Assembly: GCA_977020255.1 (NCBI GenBank)
Contig: CDROCS010005890.1
Coordinates: 1 to 64,000 of the forward strand
DNA length: 64,000 nt
Origin: Obrimoposthia wandeli
Lineage: Eukaryota
Direction of reading: 5' to 3'
Shown: positions 28,466-38,628 of the stretch, in pieces
Layout of the letters: every line of letters begins with the position of its first letter
How positions within the stretch are numbered: the stretch's first letter is position 1
Program-made: the position numbers and the translations under genes
Notes under the pieces: model-generated
The model's input: only the letters and a program-made list of their open reading frames with translations
Told to the model about the DNA's origin: nothing
The model's database searches: none

Positions 28466-28466
28466 A

Positions 28467-28949
28467 TTAATGTCGACTCTGTTGTGCAACTGCAAAGTTA
28501 ATATTAAAAGCCAAATCAATGTGATAAGACTCTTCCATGGGTAATATCAATACCGGATAATTGGTTAACTTTTCTATTTCTTCTAGTACCTCAGTCAGCG
28601 CTTTGTCATTATTTGCGGTCGCTACAAACCAGAGGTTATAACGATGCTCACGGCCATAATTATGGTTAACTTGTTCAAACTGATTTACAATTTCTGCAAT
28701 ACTGTCTAATTCACTTTCCGGCACAGCAATAGCAGCTAATGTACTTGCGCCAGCTTTTTTGTGATTAAAAACAGCACCAACACGTGATAAAAACCCTTTT
28801 TCATCTAACACTTGGATCTCACGAAGAACAATATCTTCGGTACTATTAAATTGCTCGGCGAGTGCTTTATAAGGTCGAGAGCAAAGTGGAAAACCTTTTT
28901 GATATTGATTAATAATATCTTGCTGCAACTGTGTCAGTAAAAACGTCAT
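28467..28949 (-). CDS. nirD: Siroheme decarboxylase subunit
   Basis: QKGFPLCSRPY, LSRVGAVF...GASTLAA and VNHNYGREHRYNLWFV. Confidence 0.9.
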   Translation of the reverse strand: MTFLLTQLQQDIINQYQKGFPLCSRPYKALAEQFNSTEDIVLREIQVLDEKGFLSRVGAVFNHKKAGASTLAAIAVPESELDSIAEIVNQFEQVNHNYGREHRYNLWFVATANNDKALTEVLEEIEKLTNYPVLILPMEESYHIDLAFNINFAVAQQSRH

Positions 28950-28951
28950 AG

Positions 28952-30196
28952 CTACAGTCCTATTTGATGCGCGCGGTTGGTAAAGAAAATACCACTGGGA
29001 CTTTTTACCGGTAGCTTATCTATCAGGGTTTGAGTCGCCGTGTCATAAACATGCACTTCATTACTATCGCGAACCGAAATCCACACATTTTCACCACGCG
29101 GCGTAAATTCCATATGTAAAACTGCTGGCCCAGGCGTTAATGTTTTGACCAACTCGAAGGTTTCAGTATTGAAAACTTGAATGGTATTATTGTCTGGGAA
29201 AGCAAAGTTAACCCATATTTGGCGATTATCTGGTTGTGCCATAACAAAAATAGGCTGGCTATGCGCCGGAATTTCAGCAACTTGTAACCAGGTTTTAGTA
29301 TCAACCACCAGCACACTGTGTTTACCTACGGCAGGTAAAAAAGCATAATCTCCAGCCATTGCCCAACCTTCTAGATGAGGCATTTTATAAACCGGTAGTT
29401 TTTTATCGCCTTTACCGTAGTTAGCTAAAATACGACGCACGCCTTTTTCGATATGCCACAAATCGAGTAAAGCTAAACCGTCTTCACCAAACAAACCAGC
29501 AATGTAGTAACGGCCATCGGGGCTAATTAAACCGTCGTAAGGGGCTAAACCAATATTTTCAAATTTCGTTAACTGCATCTCAGTTTGAGAAAAATCAGCA
29601 ATCCATATTTCGTTACTATCAAACAAACTGAACACAAACTTTTGTCCTGGGGCATCGACTAAACCGACCACTTTTGAACGCACCGGCGTGCCGTCTTCAT
29701 TTCTAGGCTTAGCACTGAGTACCGAGCTATCGATAGTAGCCACCAATGCTAACGTGTCACTGTTAAATACTTTGACGCCACCTGGGGTGTAATTCGATAC
29801 GGCGATAAGCTTGCCATCTTGGCTGATAGCACCACCAATACTATTACCTGACTGGATAATACGTTTTGCTATTTTATCTTTTAGCATATCAATTTTTGTT
29901 AAACCGCCATCTCGCGCAAATACATAAGCAAAACGTTGATCTCGAGAATACACAATTGACGCATGAGATAAATCGCCTAAGCCATCAATCTCACTCAACA
30001 TACGGTTGCTACTATGATTAACAATTTGCACTTGAGAGGTTGCTCTTTCGATAATAACACCCAGATCGCCAGTCGCTCGTAACGTTTGAGCCACAACGTC
30101 TCGATCCTGAGGTTTTTCATGTGTTAATGATTGTGTACATGCACTGGTCAGTAGCATTAAAAACAATACCGTTGTTGCGCTATTAAGCTTAATCAT
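28952..30196 (-). CDS. nirF: Heme d1 biosynthesis protein NirF (beta-propeller, lipoprotein-type signal)
   Basis: LRATGDLGVIIER, GLGDLSHAS, YKMPHLEGWA, QIWVNFA and PSGIFFTNRAHQIGL. LTSAC lipobox. Confidence 0.95.
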   Translation of the reverse strand: MIKLNSATTVLFLMLLTSACTQSLTHEKPQDRDVVAQTLRATGDLGVIIERATSQVQIVNHSSNRMLSEIDGLGDLSHASIVYSRDQRFAYVFARDGGLTKIDMLKDKIAKRIIQSGNSIGGAISQDGKLIAVSNYTPGGVKVFNSDTLALVATIDSSVLSAKPRNEDGTPVRSKVVGLVDAPGQKFVFSLFDSNEIWIADFSQTEMQLTKFENIGLAPYDGLISPDGRYYIAGLFGEDGLALLDLWHIEKGVRRILANYGKGDKKLPVYKMPHLEGWAMAGDYAFLPAVGKHSVLVVDTKTWLQVAEIPAHSQPIFVMAQPDNRQIWVNFAFPDNNTIQVFNTETFELVKTLTPGPAVLHMEFTPRGENVWISVRDSNEVHVYDTATQTLIDKLPVKSPSGIFFTNRAHQIGL

Positions 30197-30533
30197 GAGT
30201 TTCTAGCCCTTGTTGTAATTGTTGACTGATCCACAACGCTTCATTTTCAGCCAAAATTGACTGAAATGGCGGCATTGCCGTTCCCGGACGACCAAACAAA
30301 ATGATGTTTTTTATCGTACTTTCGGATAATTTATTCATAGTTTTCGGCAGTAATGTTGGGCCTAAACCACCTTTTAAGGTCATACCATGGCAGGAGCCAC
30401 AGTCTTGTTTTACCATATGGATAAGTTGGGCTTTTTTTTCTGTGCTCAATTTTGCAGCCATTACATCGAGGTTAATACTGAATAACACGCAAACGGTTAA
30501 TAATGCACTTACGCCTTTTATCGTGACTTTCAT
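30189..30533 (-). CDS. nirC: Cytochrome c55X
   Basis: QDCGSCHGMTLKGGLGP...GRPGTAMPPF; signal peptide. Confidence 0.93.
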   Translation of the reverse strand: MKVTIKGVSALLTVCVLFSINLDVMAAKLSTEKKAQLIHMVKQDCGSCHGMTLKGGLGPTLLPKTMNKLSESTIKNIILFGRPGTAMPPFQSILAENEALWISQQLQQGLETHD

Positions 30534-30594
30534 TTTTTGCCCTCATCCATAGCTAAATTGCCGGCTAATATTGGCATAGACGTAATAATTTACT

Positions 30595-30608
30595 TTGATT
30601 TAAATCAC
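30595..30608. promoter_or_regulatory. FNR/DNR-type box upstream of nirC
   Basis: TTGAT-TTAA-ATCAC, one mismatch to TTGAT-N4-ATCAA, 62-75 bp upstream of the nirC ATG. Confidence 0.75.
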
Positions 30609-31103
30609 ATTAAACTAATTTTTGAAAGTTCTAGAACAACGAATGGGCATATCGCTAAGTTAAGTGAACAGGTAATAATGCGCCCCTTCAACCTTAAGAT
30701 TTATGATTGAGTTGCACGCAAGAAAGAAGCTCTTACTTGATACTTAGTCGCTGTTAACGAAGAGCGTAATGCTAGAATATATTGCGAGTGAAAGTAAATT
30801 ATTGATGGTTACAGTAACTGAGGTGTAGCGGTTATTTACTAGAAATTGAGTCTTGGGTCTTGGGCCATTAAAGCACTTAATATCAAGTTGTTTAATTACT
30901 ACCATGAATATGAAGCAGAACAAGAAGTAATAGCTTAAAACCACAATTACCACTAAAAAAAACGCATCTGAAACAAGTGTTTTTGAATTATCAGAAAAAC
31001 GTTTATAGCGATTTATAAACGATTAATTAACTAAGAACTAAATAATGAGGTACGTTCGAGCAATAGGGTTTATAAAGAAATAACACTTTATAAACCCACA
31101 AAT

Positions 31104-32171
31104 TTATTTTACAACTTCATGCTGAGTCGTTGTTGACCAAGCATTAAGCACAGCCTTAACAAGTGTCGCTAATGGAATAGCAAAAAATACCCCCCAAAAA
31201 CCCCACAAGCCACCAAATAATATCACCGCAATAATAATAGTGACTGGATGTAAGTTAACCGCTTCAGAAAAAAGTAAAGGCACCAGCAAATTACCATCTA
31301 ATGCTTGGATGATACCGTACGCGAGCATGACGTAGCCAAATTGCGCACTAGTGCCAAATTGAAATAAAGCGACCAGTAACACCGGCAATGTAACAATTGT
31401 CGCTCCAACATACGGTACTAAAACAGACAAACCCACTAATACCCCCAATAAAACAGGATAATTAAGTCCTAAGGCGATAAATGCAATGGTTGAAGCTGTG
31501 CCTATAATAATAATTTCAATCAATTTACCACGAATATAATTCATGATCTGTTGATTCATTTCACTACCAACTTGTTTTGCCATTCGTCGATCGTTAGGTA
31601 AAAATTGGCGTAAGCTGTCAAACAGAAAGCGCTTATCTTTAAGAAAGAAAAACACCATCAAAGGCACTAAAATGAGGTAAATTAATAATGCTACAACATT
31701 CGAAATAGAGTTAAGGGAAGCTTTCAAAGCCACCTGCCCCCATTCAATTAACTTATCATTAACTAAAGTGATCACATTACCGATTTGCTCAGCACTGACT
31801 AAATGAGGATATTGCTCTGGCAATGCAAGTAAGTAGGTATGTCCTTGCCCAACCATTTGTGGCACTTCTTGTAATAAGTTACTACTTTGTTGCCAAATAA
31901 CTGGCATTAAACCCAAGATACCGATTAACGATAACCCAACAAAGGCGGATACAACCGTGACGACCGCTAAGGTGCGAGATATTCCAATCTGCGAGAGTTT
32001 ATTAACCGGAAGATCTAACAAAAATGCAATAGCAACGGCAACAAATACCGGCATTAATAAGCTACTGAAAAAATAAACAAACAAAAAAGTACAAATTAAA
32101 ATAACTAATAAAGTTACCGCACTTGGATCTGAAAAATTTCTTTTGTACCAATCGCTAAATAGAGAAACCAT
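31104..32171 (-). CDS. perM: AI-2E family permease PerM
   Basis: WYKRNFSDP, YIRGKLIEI, LVPYVGA and DGNLLVPLLFSEAVNLHP. Confidence 0.93.
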   Translation of the reverse strand: MVSLFSDWYKRNFSDPSAVTLLVILICTFLFVYFFSSLLMPVFVAVAIAFLLDLPVNKLSQIGISRTLAVVTVVSAFVGLSLIGILGLMPVIWQQSSNLLQEVPQMVGQGHTYLLALPEQYPHLVSAEQIGNVITLVNDKLIEWGQVALKASLNSISNVVALLIYLILVPLMVFFFLKDKRFLFDSLRQFLPNDRRMAKQVGSEMNQQIMNYIRGKLIEIIIIGTASTIAFIALGLNYPVLLGVLVGLSVLVPYVGATIVTLPVLLVALFQFGTSAQFGYVMLAYGIIQALDGNLLVPLLFSEAVNLHPVTIIIAVILFGGLWGFWGVFFAIPLATLVKAVLNAWSTTTQHEVVK

Positions 32172-32177
32172 AATATT

Positions 32178-32402
32178 TTACTTTTCCATTCTTATCGTTA
32201 ATTCAACAATATGTTCATTAACTTTACGTTGTTCAAAATAAAACCCTTGTTTGATTAACAATTTAGGAATATCTTTTTTAGACCCATTATCGCAAATGCG
32301 TATCAAACAACTATCAACGAACGTTAACTTTCGTAGTAACAAGCGTAAATTAACCAAAGGAACAGGACATTTATCTTGTGTGGCGTCATATTCATATATC
32401 AT
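32178..32402 (-). CDS. TusA/SirA-family small protein
   Basis: MIYEYDATQDKCPVPLV (CPxP motif); the usual neighbour between perM and bepA. Confidence 0.75.
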   Translation of the reverse strand: MIYEYDATQDKCPVPLVNLRLLLRKLTFVDSCLIRICDNGSKKDIPKLLIKQGFYFEQRKVNEHIVELTIRMEK

Positions 32403-32512
32403 AAATAAAAACATGCTCAGTGCTTTCGTTTAATTATCTTATTTGCGACAATTGATTACAATCATATTTATACATTCTTTTGATGTATTTTTTAATAGTG
32501 TAAAGAGGTTAA

Positions 32513-33142
32513 ATGAACGAGCTTTCCGACAATCCAAATCTTAGAGAAATCAATGCCTACAAAAAAAAGATAAATTGGGGTGACATTCCCACTATTTATC
32601 ATTTAGCGATGAGTTCAATTGGTGATCTCGATGGGATTTTAACCCATGGTTTTGATAGTGCATTTAAACAACTACTGGATCAACACAATTGGAATCTTAA
32701 GGTATTAAATGAAGGTGTTATTTCTGTTGATAAAATCAAACTGAACAATAAACCTAAAATATCGCTTTCTCATAGCATAAGTGAGCAAAACTACGAATTG
32801 CATTGTTACCCAATGATTAATGATGAACGAGTGCTGCAAGCTCAGCTCAATAATCCACTGTGTTCTTTTATAAAATGGACCCCTGAGACTATGCAGATGT
32901 TGTTTAGATTGAACTCACTCATTCCATTTATTATCTATACATTGCGTCAAGGTGATAAAGCCGATTACGCGCTTATTCGTTACGCAAACCAACGTGTTGA
33001 CGAATTGATTCAATTATTAGGGGAATCTTTTGATATTATTGGTATCAAAGGTTATTCAATCGCTGAATTTTGTAAAGAAGTTTATCGAAAGCATTCACAA
33101 CCTACTGATAGTGATGAGAAACCAGACGACATGGAAACTTAA
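32513..33142 (+). CDS. Hypothetical soluble protein
   Basis: 209-aa ORF with an AGAGG RBS, ending 2 bp before bepA. I recognise no motif. Confidence 0.75.
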   Translation: MNELSDNPNLREINAYKKKINWGDIPTIYHLAMSSIGDLDGILTHGFDSAFKQLLDQHNWNLKVLNEGVISVDKIKLNNKPKISLSHSISEQNYELHCYPMINDERVLQAQLNNPLCSFIKWTPETMQMLFRLNSLIPFIIYTLRQGDKADYALIRYANQRVDELIQLLGESFDIIGIKGYSIAEFCKEVYRKHSQPTDSDEKPDDMET

Positions 33143-33144
33143 CT

Positions 33145-34602
33145 TTGTTTAAACTAAAGCCAATTATCATTGCATTTGCCCTAGCGACCTCAGTATCAAG
33201 TCAAGTATTAGCGGCAAATACAGAAACGAATAAAAATAAACTTCCTGAAATAGGCTCAGCAGGTGTTACCGCTTTATCAATCGAAAAAGAGCGTCAAATT
33301 GGTGGTGAAATGATGCGCCAAATTAGAGCTACGCAACCGATATTAAATGACCCTGTATTGACTGAGTATATTAATGACTTAGGTAATCGCATGGTGCGCA
33401 ATGCCAAAGATGTAAATTATAGTTTTGAATTTTTTGTCATTCGAAATCAAGAGTTGAATGCTTTTGCCTTCTTTGGCGGCCATATTGCTATTCATAGCGG
33501 CCTGATCACAACTGCTAATACAGAGAGTGAACTTGCTTCCGTTGTTGCTCATGAAATATCGCATGTGACTCAACGCCATTTAGCTAGAAGACTAGAGTCA
33601 CAAAGTCGTTCGCAAGCGTTAAGCACTGCCGGCATGATTTCTAGTATTTTACTGACCCTAATCAACCCAAGTGTTGGAATAGCCGCTTTAAGCACCACAA
33701 TGGCTGCTTCTCAGCAAGCAAGTATTAATTACACCCGTGGCAATGAACAAGAAGCTGACCGTGTTGGTATTGCTTTATTGGCTAACAGTGGTTTTAATCC
33801 TCAGGGTGCGCCCGACTTTTTCTCCATACTGGCTGAAAAATATCGTTATACATCTAAACCACCAGCCATGCTATTAACTCATCCGTTGCCTGAATCACGT
33901 ATTTCTGATGCGAGAATAAGAGCGCATAACTTTTCACCTCGACCGTTAATGCCAAGTTTACAATTTGAATTGGCAAAAGCACGTATAAAAGCTCGATATG
34001 AAGGTAACTCTGCAGATAACATCATTAACTTTCAACTGAGTTTAGATAAAAAACGTTACGCCGTTGAGGCTGCAGCAAAATACGGACTTGCTCTATCTCA
34101 TTATGAAGCTAAAAACTATCAAGTAGCCATCAATCAACTTGAGGCATTGATGCGCGATGACAAGAGAAACTTGTTTTATGCTGATGCGTTAACCGATGCT
34201 TACATTGCCACAAAGGATTTCAATAAAGCGATATCAATGCTAAGTGAATTGAACCTATTAATGCCTAATAATCAAGTGGTAACGTTGAATTACGCCAATG
34301 TATTAAGCGAAGCGAAGCAATACAATAAAGCCGAAGTGCTGCTACAAGATTTTTTAGCCATCAGCCCGAAAAACTTTATTGCCAATGATCTGCTAACTGA
34401 AATTTACAGAAAACAAGATAAAACAGCGCTTATGCATGCCACTAAAGCTGAAGTTTATGCTTTATTAGGCGCTTACCCTAAAGCCGTTGATGAATTGCAA
34501 ACAGGTTATAACTTCGTTGAAGATAACCCTTTATTAAAGAAAAGAATGAAAAGTCGCATATTGCAACTACAAGAACAGCAAGAAAAGCTTAAGCGTCTAT
34601 AA
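33145..34602 (+). CDS. bepA: Beta-barrel assembly-enhancing metalloprotease (M48 plus TPR)
   Basis: LPEIG, NAFAFFGGHI, AHEISHVTQRHLAR (HExxH), EQEADRVG and LLTHPLPESRI. Confidence 0.95.
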   Translation: MFKLKPIIIAFALATSVSSQVLAANTETNKNKLPEIGSAGVTALSIEKERQIGGEMMRQIRATQPILNDPVLTEYINDLGNRMVRNAKDVNYSFEFFVIRNQELNAFAFFGGHIAIHSGLITTANTESELASVVAHEISHVTQRHLARRLESQSRSQALSTAGMISSILLTLINPSVGIAALSTTMAASQQASINYTRGNEQEADRVGIALLANSGFNPQGAPDFFSILAEKYRYTSKPPAMLLTHPLPESRISDARIRAHNFSPRPLMPSLQFELAKARIKARYEGNSADNIINFQLSLDKKRYAVEAAAKYGLALSHYEAKNYQVAINQLEALMRDDKRNLFYADALTDAYIATKDFNKAISMLSELNLLMPNNQVVTLNYANVLSEAKQYNKAEVLLQDFLAISPKNFIANDLLTEIYRKQDKTALMHATKAEVYALLGAYPKAVDELQTGYNFVEDNPLLKKRMKSRILQLQEQQEKLKRL

Positions 34603-34661
34603 AAAATAAGTTAAAATAACGCGATAAACTAGAACTCACTTTTATTACCCAAGAGAAAAAT

Positions 34662-35012
34662 ATGTTAACGATTTATCACAATCCTCGTTGCTCGAAAAGC
34701 CGACAAACCTTAGCGCTGATCGAAGACAAAAATCAGGCTGTCAACATTGTAGAATATTTGAAAACACCACTAACGAGCACAGAAATAGAACAGCTATTGA
34801 CGTTGTTAAAGATATCACCTATCGAGATGATGCGAACTAAAGAAACAGAGTTCAAAGAGCAAAATTTAGCGAATGCTGACGACACCACATTAATTGCGGC
34901 AATGGCTGCAACACCGAAACTGATTGAGCGCCCAATTGTGACCGACGATACTCGCGCCATTATTGGCAGACCGCCAGAGAACGTGCTTGCTCTTATAAGC
35001 TCTGCTGATTAA
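34662..35012 (+). CDS. yfgD: ArsC/YfgD-family reductase
   Basis: TIYHNPRCSKSRQ and PKLIERPIV...AIIGRPPE; position after bepA. Confidence 0.88.
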   Translation: MLTIYHNPRCSKSRQTLALIEDKNQAVNIVEYLKTPLTSTEIEQLLTLLKISPIEMMRTKETEFKEQNLANADDTTLIAAMAATPKLIERPIVTDDTRAIIGRPPENVLALISSAD

Positions 35013-35044
35013 CTGAAACGATAAACTAAGATGATTAACATAAC

Positions 35045-35437
35045 ATGATAAAAGAACCACGTTTTTCCACAACAACACTCAAACGAATCACTTTATTTGG
35101 CTATTTTTCGTTACTTTTTTATATGCCAATCTGGCTAATTTTTGTTAGTACTGATTCGGCTCTATCAATACCTTTAACTATCGTAATGTTTATCCTACCT
35201 TTATTATTTCCATTAAAAGGACTCGTACAAGGCAACCCCTATACCTATGCTTGGTCAAACTTTATTGTGATGATTTATTTCCTACATAGCTTAACAACAT
35301 TATGGGTTTCAGCAGATGAAAAACTGTGGGCTTTAGGTGAGCTATTTTTTGCTAGCGTTATGTTTATTGCTGGTAGTTATTATGCAAAATACCGTGGCCA
35401 AGAATTAGGCTTAAGTATTCGTAAAAAGAAAGAGTAA
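35045..35437 (+). CDS. DUF2069-family membrane protein
   Basis: PLLFPLKGLVQGNPYTYAWSNFIVMIYFLH...YAKYRGQELG. Confidence 0.85.
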   Translation: MIKEPRFSTTTLKRITLFGYFSLLFYMPIWLIFVSTDSALSIPLTIVMFILPLLFPLKGLVQGNPYTYAWSNFIVMIYFLHSLTTLWVSADEKLWALGELFFASVMFIAGSYYAKYRGQELGLSIRKKKE

Positions 35438-35803
35438 TATCATTGCTTTTCAGCAATTACAGTCTTTAACAGCACGACTATTCTGTCATTTCTTAGCACT
35501 TAACAAGGTTTCAACAATTGTGAGTGCTAGTGCTTATTTACTTTTTACACCACGCCAAGTCAAGCACCATTACCATATTCAAAAACCTATCTATACCCGT
35601 CAGTTTATAGCTGTTATCTAGAGTAAATCATAAAAACTTAGATAAAGTATAATGGCAAAACGAAACAGACCTAGTTATATTGTAAATTAACCTTAAATAA
35701 ACATAATACAAACATAATATAAACATAATAATGTACTTTATTAGGAACTTAGTTTAGTTTAAATCGGTCTGTTAATGTACAAGACAATTAAATAGGGACG
35801 CTA

Positions 35804-37792
35804 ATGAATAATTTTCGAATGAAAAAAAAAGGTCTTTTAGGCTCGGTTATTGTACTTACCACGGCATTGCAAGCCTGTGGAGGAGGTGGCTCTGACAGCT
35901 CAAGCCCCAATGAGATTGGTTATACTCCTATCGTTACCGAAACAGGGATAATAGCCTTTGATGATGCGAGCAAAATAGCTCAACCGGTCGATCTATTTCT
36001 TTATTACCCTGACGACACACTTAGCAATATCAATTGGCAACAAACTGCAGGTGATAACGTAGTTTTCCACGCTAAGCGCTCTAAGGGTATCGCTTTTACA
36101 CCAGCAGCCGCTGGTGAATATGACTTTCAAGTTAGCTTTACCCGCAATGGCGTCAGCGAAACGTTGGCACATACAGTTGTTGTGTCCAACGAAAGCAGTC
36201 AAATATCGGCAAGATTAGGCCAAGCTGTATTAGAGGGAAGTAAAATATCGTTAAGTGCTTTCTTAGAAAATTCAGCGCTAACAAGCGATACCATTCAGTG
36301 GCAACAAATATCAGGCCCTACCGTAACCTTTAGTGAAGCAACATTAGGGAAGTCAGCCGTTTTTTTCACCGCTCCGGCTGTAAGCGCTGATAGTTTACTA
36401 GAATTTACATTAAGCGCATCAGATGGCTCTACACGTCATCAAGATACCGTTGCTATATTAGTTGAAAATGCTCCTGATATTGCCAGCAACGACAACATTG
36501 CCTACGACACTAGGCTAGCAACCGTATTCCCATTTAATGCTAATTCTCCTTATGCTGACGTCATCACTCAATGTGTGTACAGTAATAGCATTGATTTACA
36601 AAAAACCTGTCGCTTTAATCAATTACCATTAATCGCCCAAGACAGTGTTTCACCCACAGTAGACGACATTATGAACCATGTTGTGGTTTCTCATCAGTGG
36701 ATGGGAGAAAGGTTTAAAGCCTTTTTAGAAAATAATGATCCGCATGGCGATTTTAAAAACTTACTACGTGCTACCACCGCTATTGTTATTTCATCTGATG
36801 TACGCCCTTCATACTATTGGGCCGTTACTGGTGCTATACACCTTGATCCGAGCGATCTTTGGTTAACACCTGAAGAAAGGGACACCATCAGCCGAGTTCC
36901 GGATTATCGCGCCTCATTTGGTGATACATTAAACTTTGTTATGCCTTGGCGTTATGTAATAAATAACAGTTATGCAAGTTTTTCATACCCTAGTAATGTG
37001 CGGGTTACCCGCGATCAATCTGAAGGCGTGTATGATTTTGCCGCTTTGCTTTATCATGAATTAGCACATGCTAATGATTACTTCCCTCAAAGCGATTGGG
37101 CCAGCATCAATAAGAACGATCGTGTGCTCGATAATGCCAACCAACGACGCGCAGATGGTCTCCCTTCAGATAAATTAAGTGTTGCGTTACCTCTACAAGG
37201 CGATGAAATGTATCGGCTAGCACAAGTGCGATATCAAGGGGAAACGGCAACAGAAACTGAGAAAAGTTATAGTCCAAGTGACGTTGCTGGTTTTTTTAGT
37301 CCTGAACACGCACCAAGCTTTTATAATTATTCAAGCAAACGAGAAGACTACGCCATGCTATTCGACGCGATCATGATGAAGGCGCGATACAACGTAGACC
37401 GAGATATTGCCGTGACCAATCAAGCAGCTTCCTCAGTCGAATTGGTTGTTACCTGGGGGCAACGTGGTCGTATAGGTGAGGAAAACATTAAACCAAGAGT
37501 AGATTACGTCACAAGTCGAATTTTACCTGAGTTTACCCAAGCAAGTAACATTATAAATAATTTAGCGGCGCCAATAGTAATGCAGGCAGGAAGAACTTGG
37601 GCAGAAAACTTAGCGATCACCCCAACGGTTAATCAAATAAATAAAGTCACAGATAGAATTGATACTTCCTCATCAGAGAACTTTTTGTTGGATAATATCA
37701 AAAGCCAAAGAGTCAACGTAAATGGTAAAATGTTTTTTGAAAAGCCTTTACCACCTTCTAAGCAAAAGAAGTTATTTTATTTAGATTTCTAG
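35804..37792 (+). CDS. Hypothetical lipoprotein with Ig/PKD-like repeats and an HExxH motif
   Basis: LQAC lipobox followed by GGGGSDSSS; two WQQ(T/I)xG repeats; LLYHELAHANDY. Confidence 0.8.
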   Translation: MNNFRMKKKGLLGSVIVLTTALQACGGGGSDSSSPNEIGYTPIVTETGIIAFDDASKIAQPVDLFLYYPDDTLSNINWQQTAGDNVVFHAKRSKGIAFTPAAAGEYDFQVSFTRNGVSETLAHTVVVSNESSQISARLGQAVLEGSKISLSAFLENSALTSDTIQWQQISGPTVTFSEATLGKSAVFFTAPAVSADSLLEFTLSASDGSTRHQDTVAILVENAPDIASNDNIAYDTRLATVFPFNANSPYADVITQCVYSNSIDLQKTCRFNQLPLIAQDSVSPTVDDIMNHVVVSHQWMGERFKAFLENNDPHGDFKNLLRATTAIVISSDVRPSYYWAVTGAIHLDPSDLWLTPEERDTISRVPDYRASFGDTLNFVMPWRYVINNSYASFSYPSNVRVTRDQSEGVYDFAALLYHELAHANDYFPQSDWASINKNDRVLDNANQRRADGLPSDKLSVALPLQGDEMYRLAQVRYQGETATETEKSYSPSDVAGFFSPEHAPSFYNYSSKREDYAMLFDAIMMKARYNVDRDIAVTNQAASSVELVVTWGQRGRIGEENIKPRVDYVTSRILPEFTQASNIINNLAAPIVMQAGRTWAENLAITPTVNQINKVTDRIDTSSSENFLLDNIKSQRVNVNGKMFFEKPLPPSKQKKLFYLDF

Positions 37793-37809
37793 CATTCGAG
37801 GAGACGAAT

Positions 37810-37851
37810 AAAAATAGCTAAGTTGAAGTAAAATTCAGCTTAGCTATTTTT
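37810..37851. terminator. Bidirectional terminator between convergent genes
   Basis: AAAAATAGCTAAGTTGAA...TTCAGCTTAGCTATTTTT. Confidence 0.8.
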
Positions 37852-37917
37852 AGTAAAGTTATTTTCAGTGCGATGATAGTTCAGTTAACAGGAACGTTCA
37901 ATGAGAGCATAGTTAAG

Positions 37918-38628
37918 TTAAAAAAGAACATCTTTAATAAAAGGAATCGTAATACGACGCTGTTCTCTTATTGAAGCTTGGTCAAGCTGCTCTAAGGCCT
38001 CAAGTAAACTGGTCATATCGCGCGATAAACGATTAATTAAGAAACTTGCTACATCATCACTTATAAATAAACCACGCTGTTGAGCCCGGTATTGCAAAGC
38101 AAACGATTTTTCTTTATCTGTTAACGGTTTTAATTGCTCGGTTAAACCCCAACTTAACCGCGATACTAAATCAGGTAAACTAATATTTAGCTGTGCAGCG
38201 CTTTGATCACCCGTAATAATTAAGCACTTGTTCTGCTCAACCATGCGGTTATATAAATCAAAAACAGCTTGTTGCCACTGCTTATTACCGGCAATTAATT
38301 GAATATCATCAAGACAAACTAAATCAATGTTTTCCAAACCATCAAGTACATCGACTGAAAGTTGAGTCAGCTCAGAAAAAGATAAACACAAAGATGTAAC
38401 GCCCAACTTATCTGCATAAGTACAACTGGCATGTAATAAGTGGCTTTTTCCAACACCACTTAAGCCAAATAAATATAAGCTGTGCACTTTTTTATGTTCA
38501 TCAACAATGTGGTCAAGAAAGTGAGTGACTTGCTTAACCACCATTTGATTACTTTCACTTTGAAAACTTGCAAAGGTTTCATCATCTGGCAATTGAACCG
38601 AGAGCGTTAACTGGGAGACTTTCTTCAC
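37918..38628 (-). CDS. hda: DnaA regulatory inactivator Hda
   Basis: QLTLSVQLPDDETFASF, GLSGVGKSHLL, LPDLVSRLSWG, RLSRDM and ITIPFIKDVL. Confidence 0.95.
   Translation of the reverse strand: MKKVSQLTLSVQLPDDETFASFQSESNQMVVKQVTHFLDHIVDEHKKVHSLYLFGLSGVGKSHLLHASCTYADKLGVTSLCLSFSELTQLSVDVLDGLENIDLVCLDDIQLIAGNKQWQQAVFDLYNRMVEQNKCLIITGDQSAAQLNISLPDLVSRLSWGLTEQLKPLTDKEKSFALQYRAQQRGLFISDDVASFLINRLSRDMTSLLEALEQLDQASIREQRRITIPFIKDVLF

Noticed and set aside
30744-30953. 69-aa ORF upstream of nirC as a nirM/nirS remnant or regulator
   Set aside because: No CxxCH, no similarity I can recognise, TTG-type start and no RBS.
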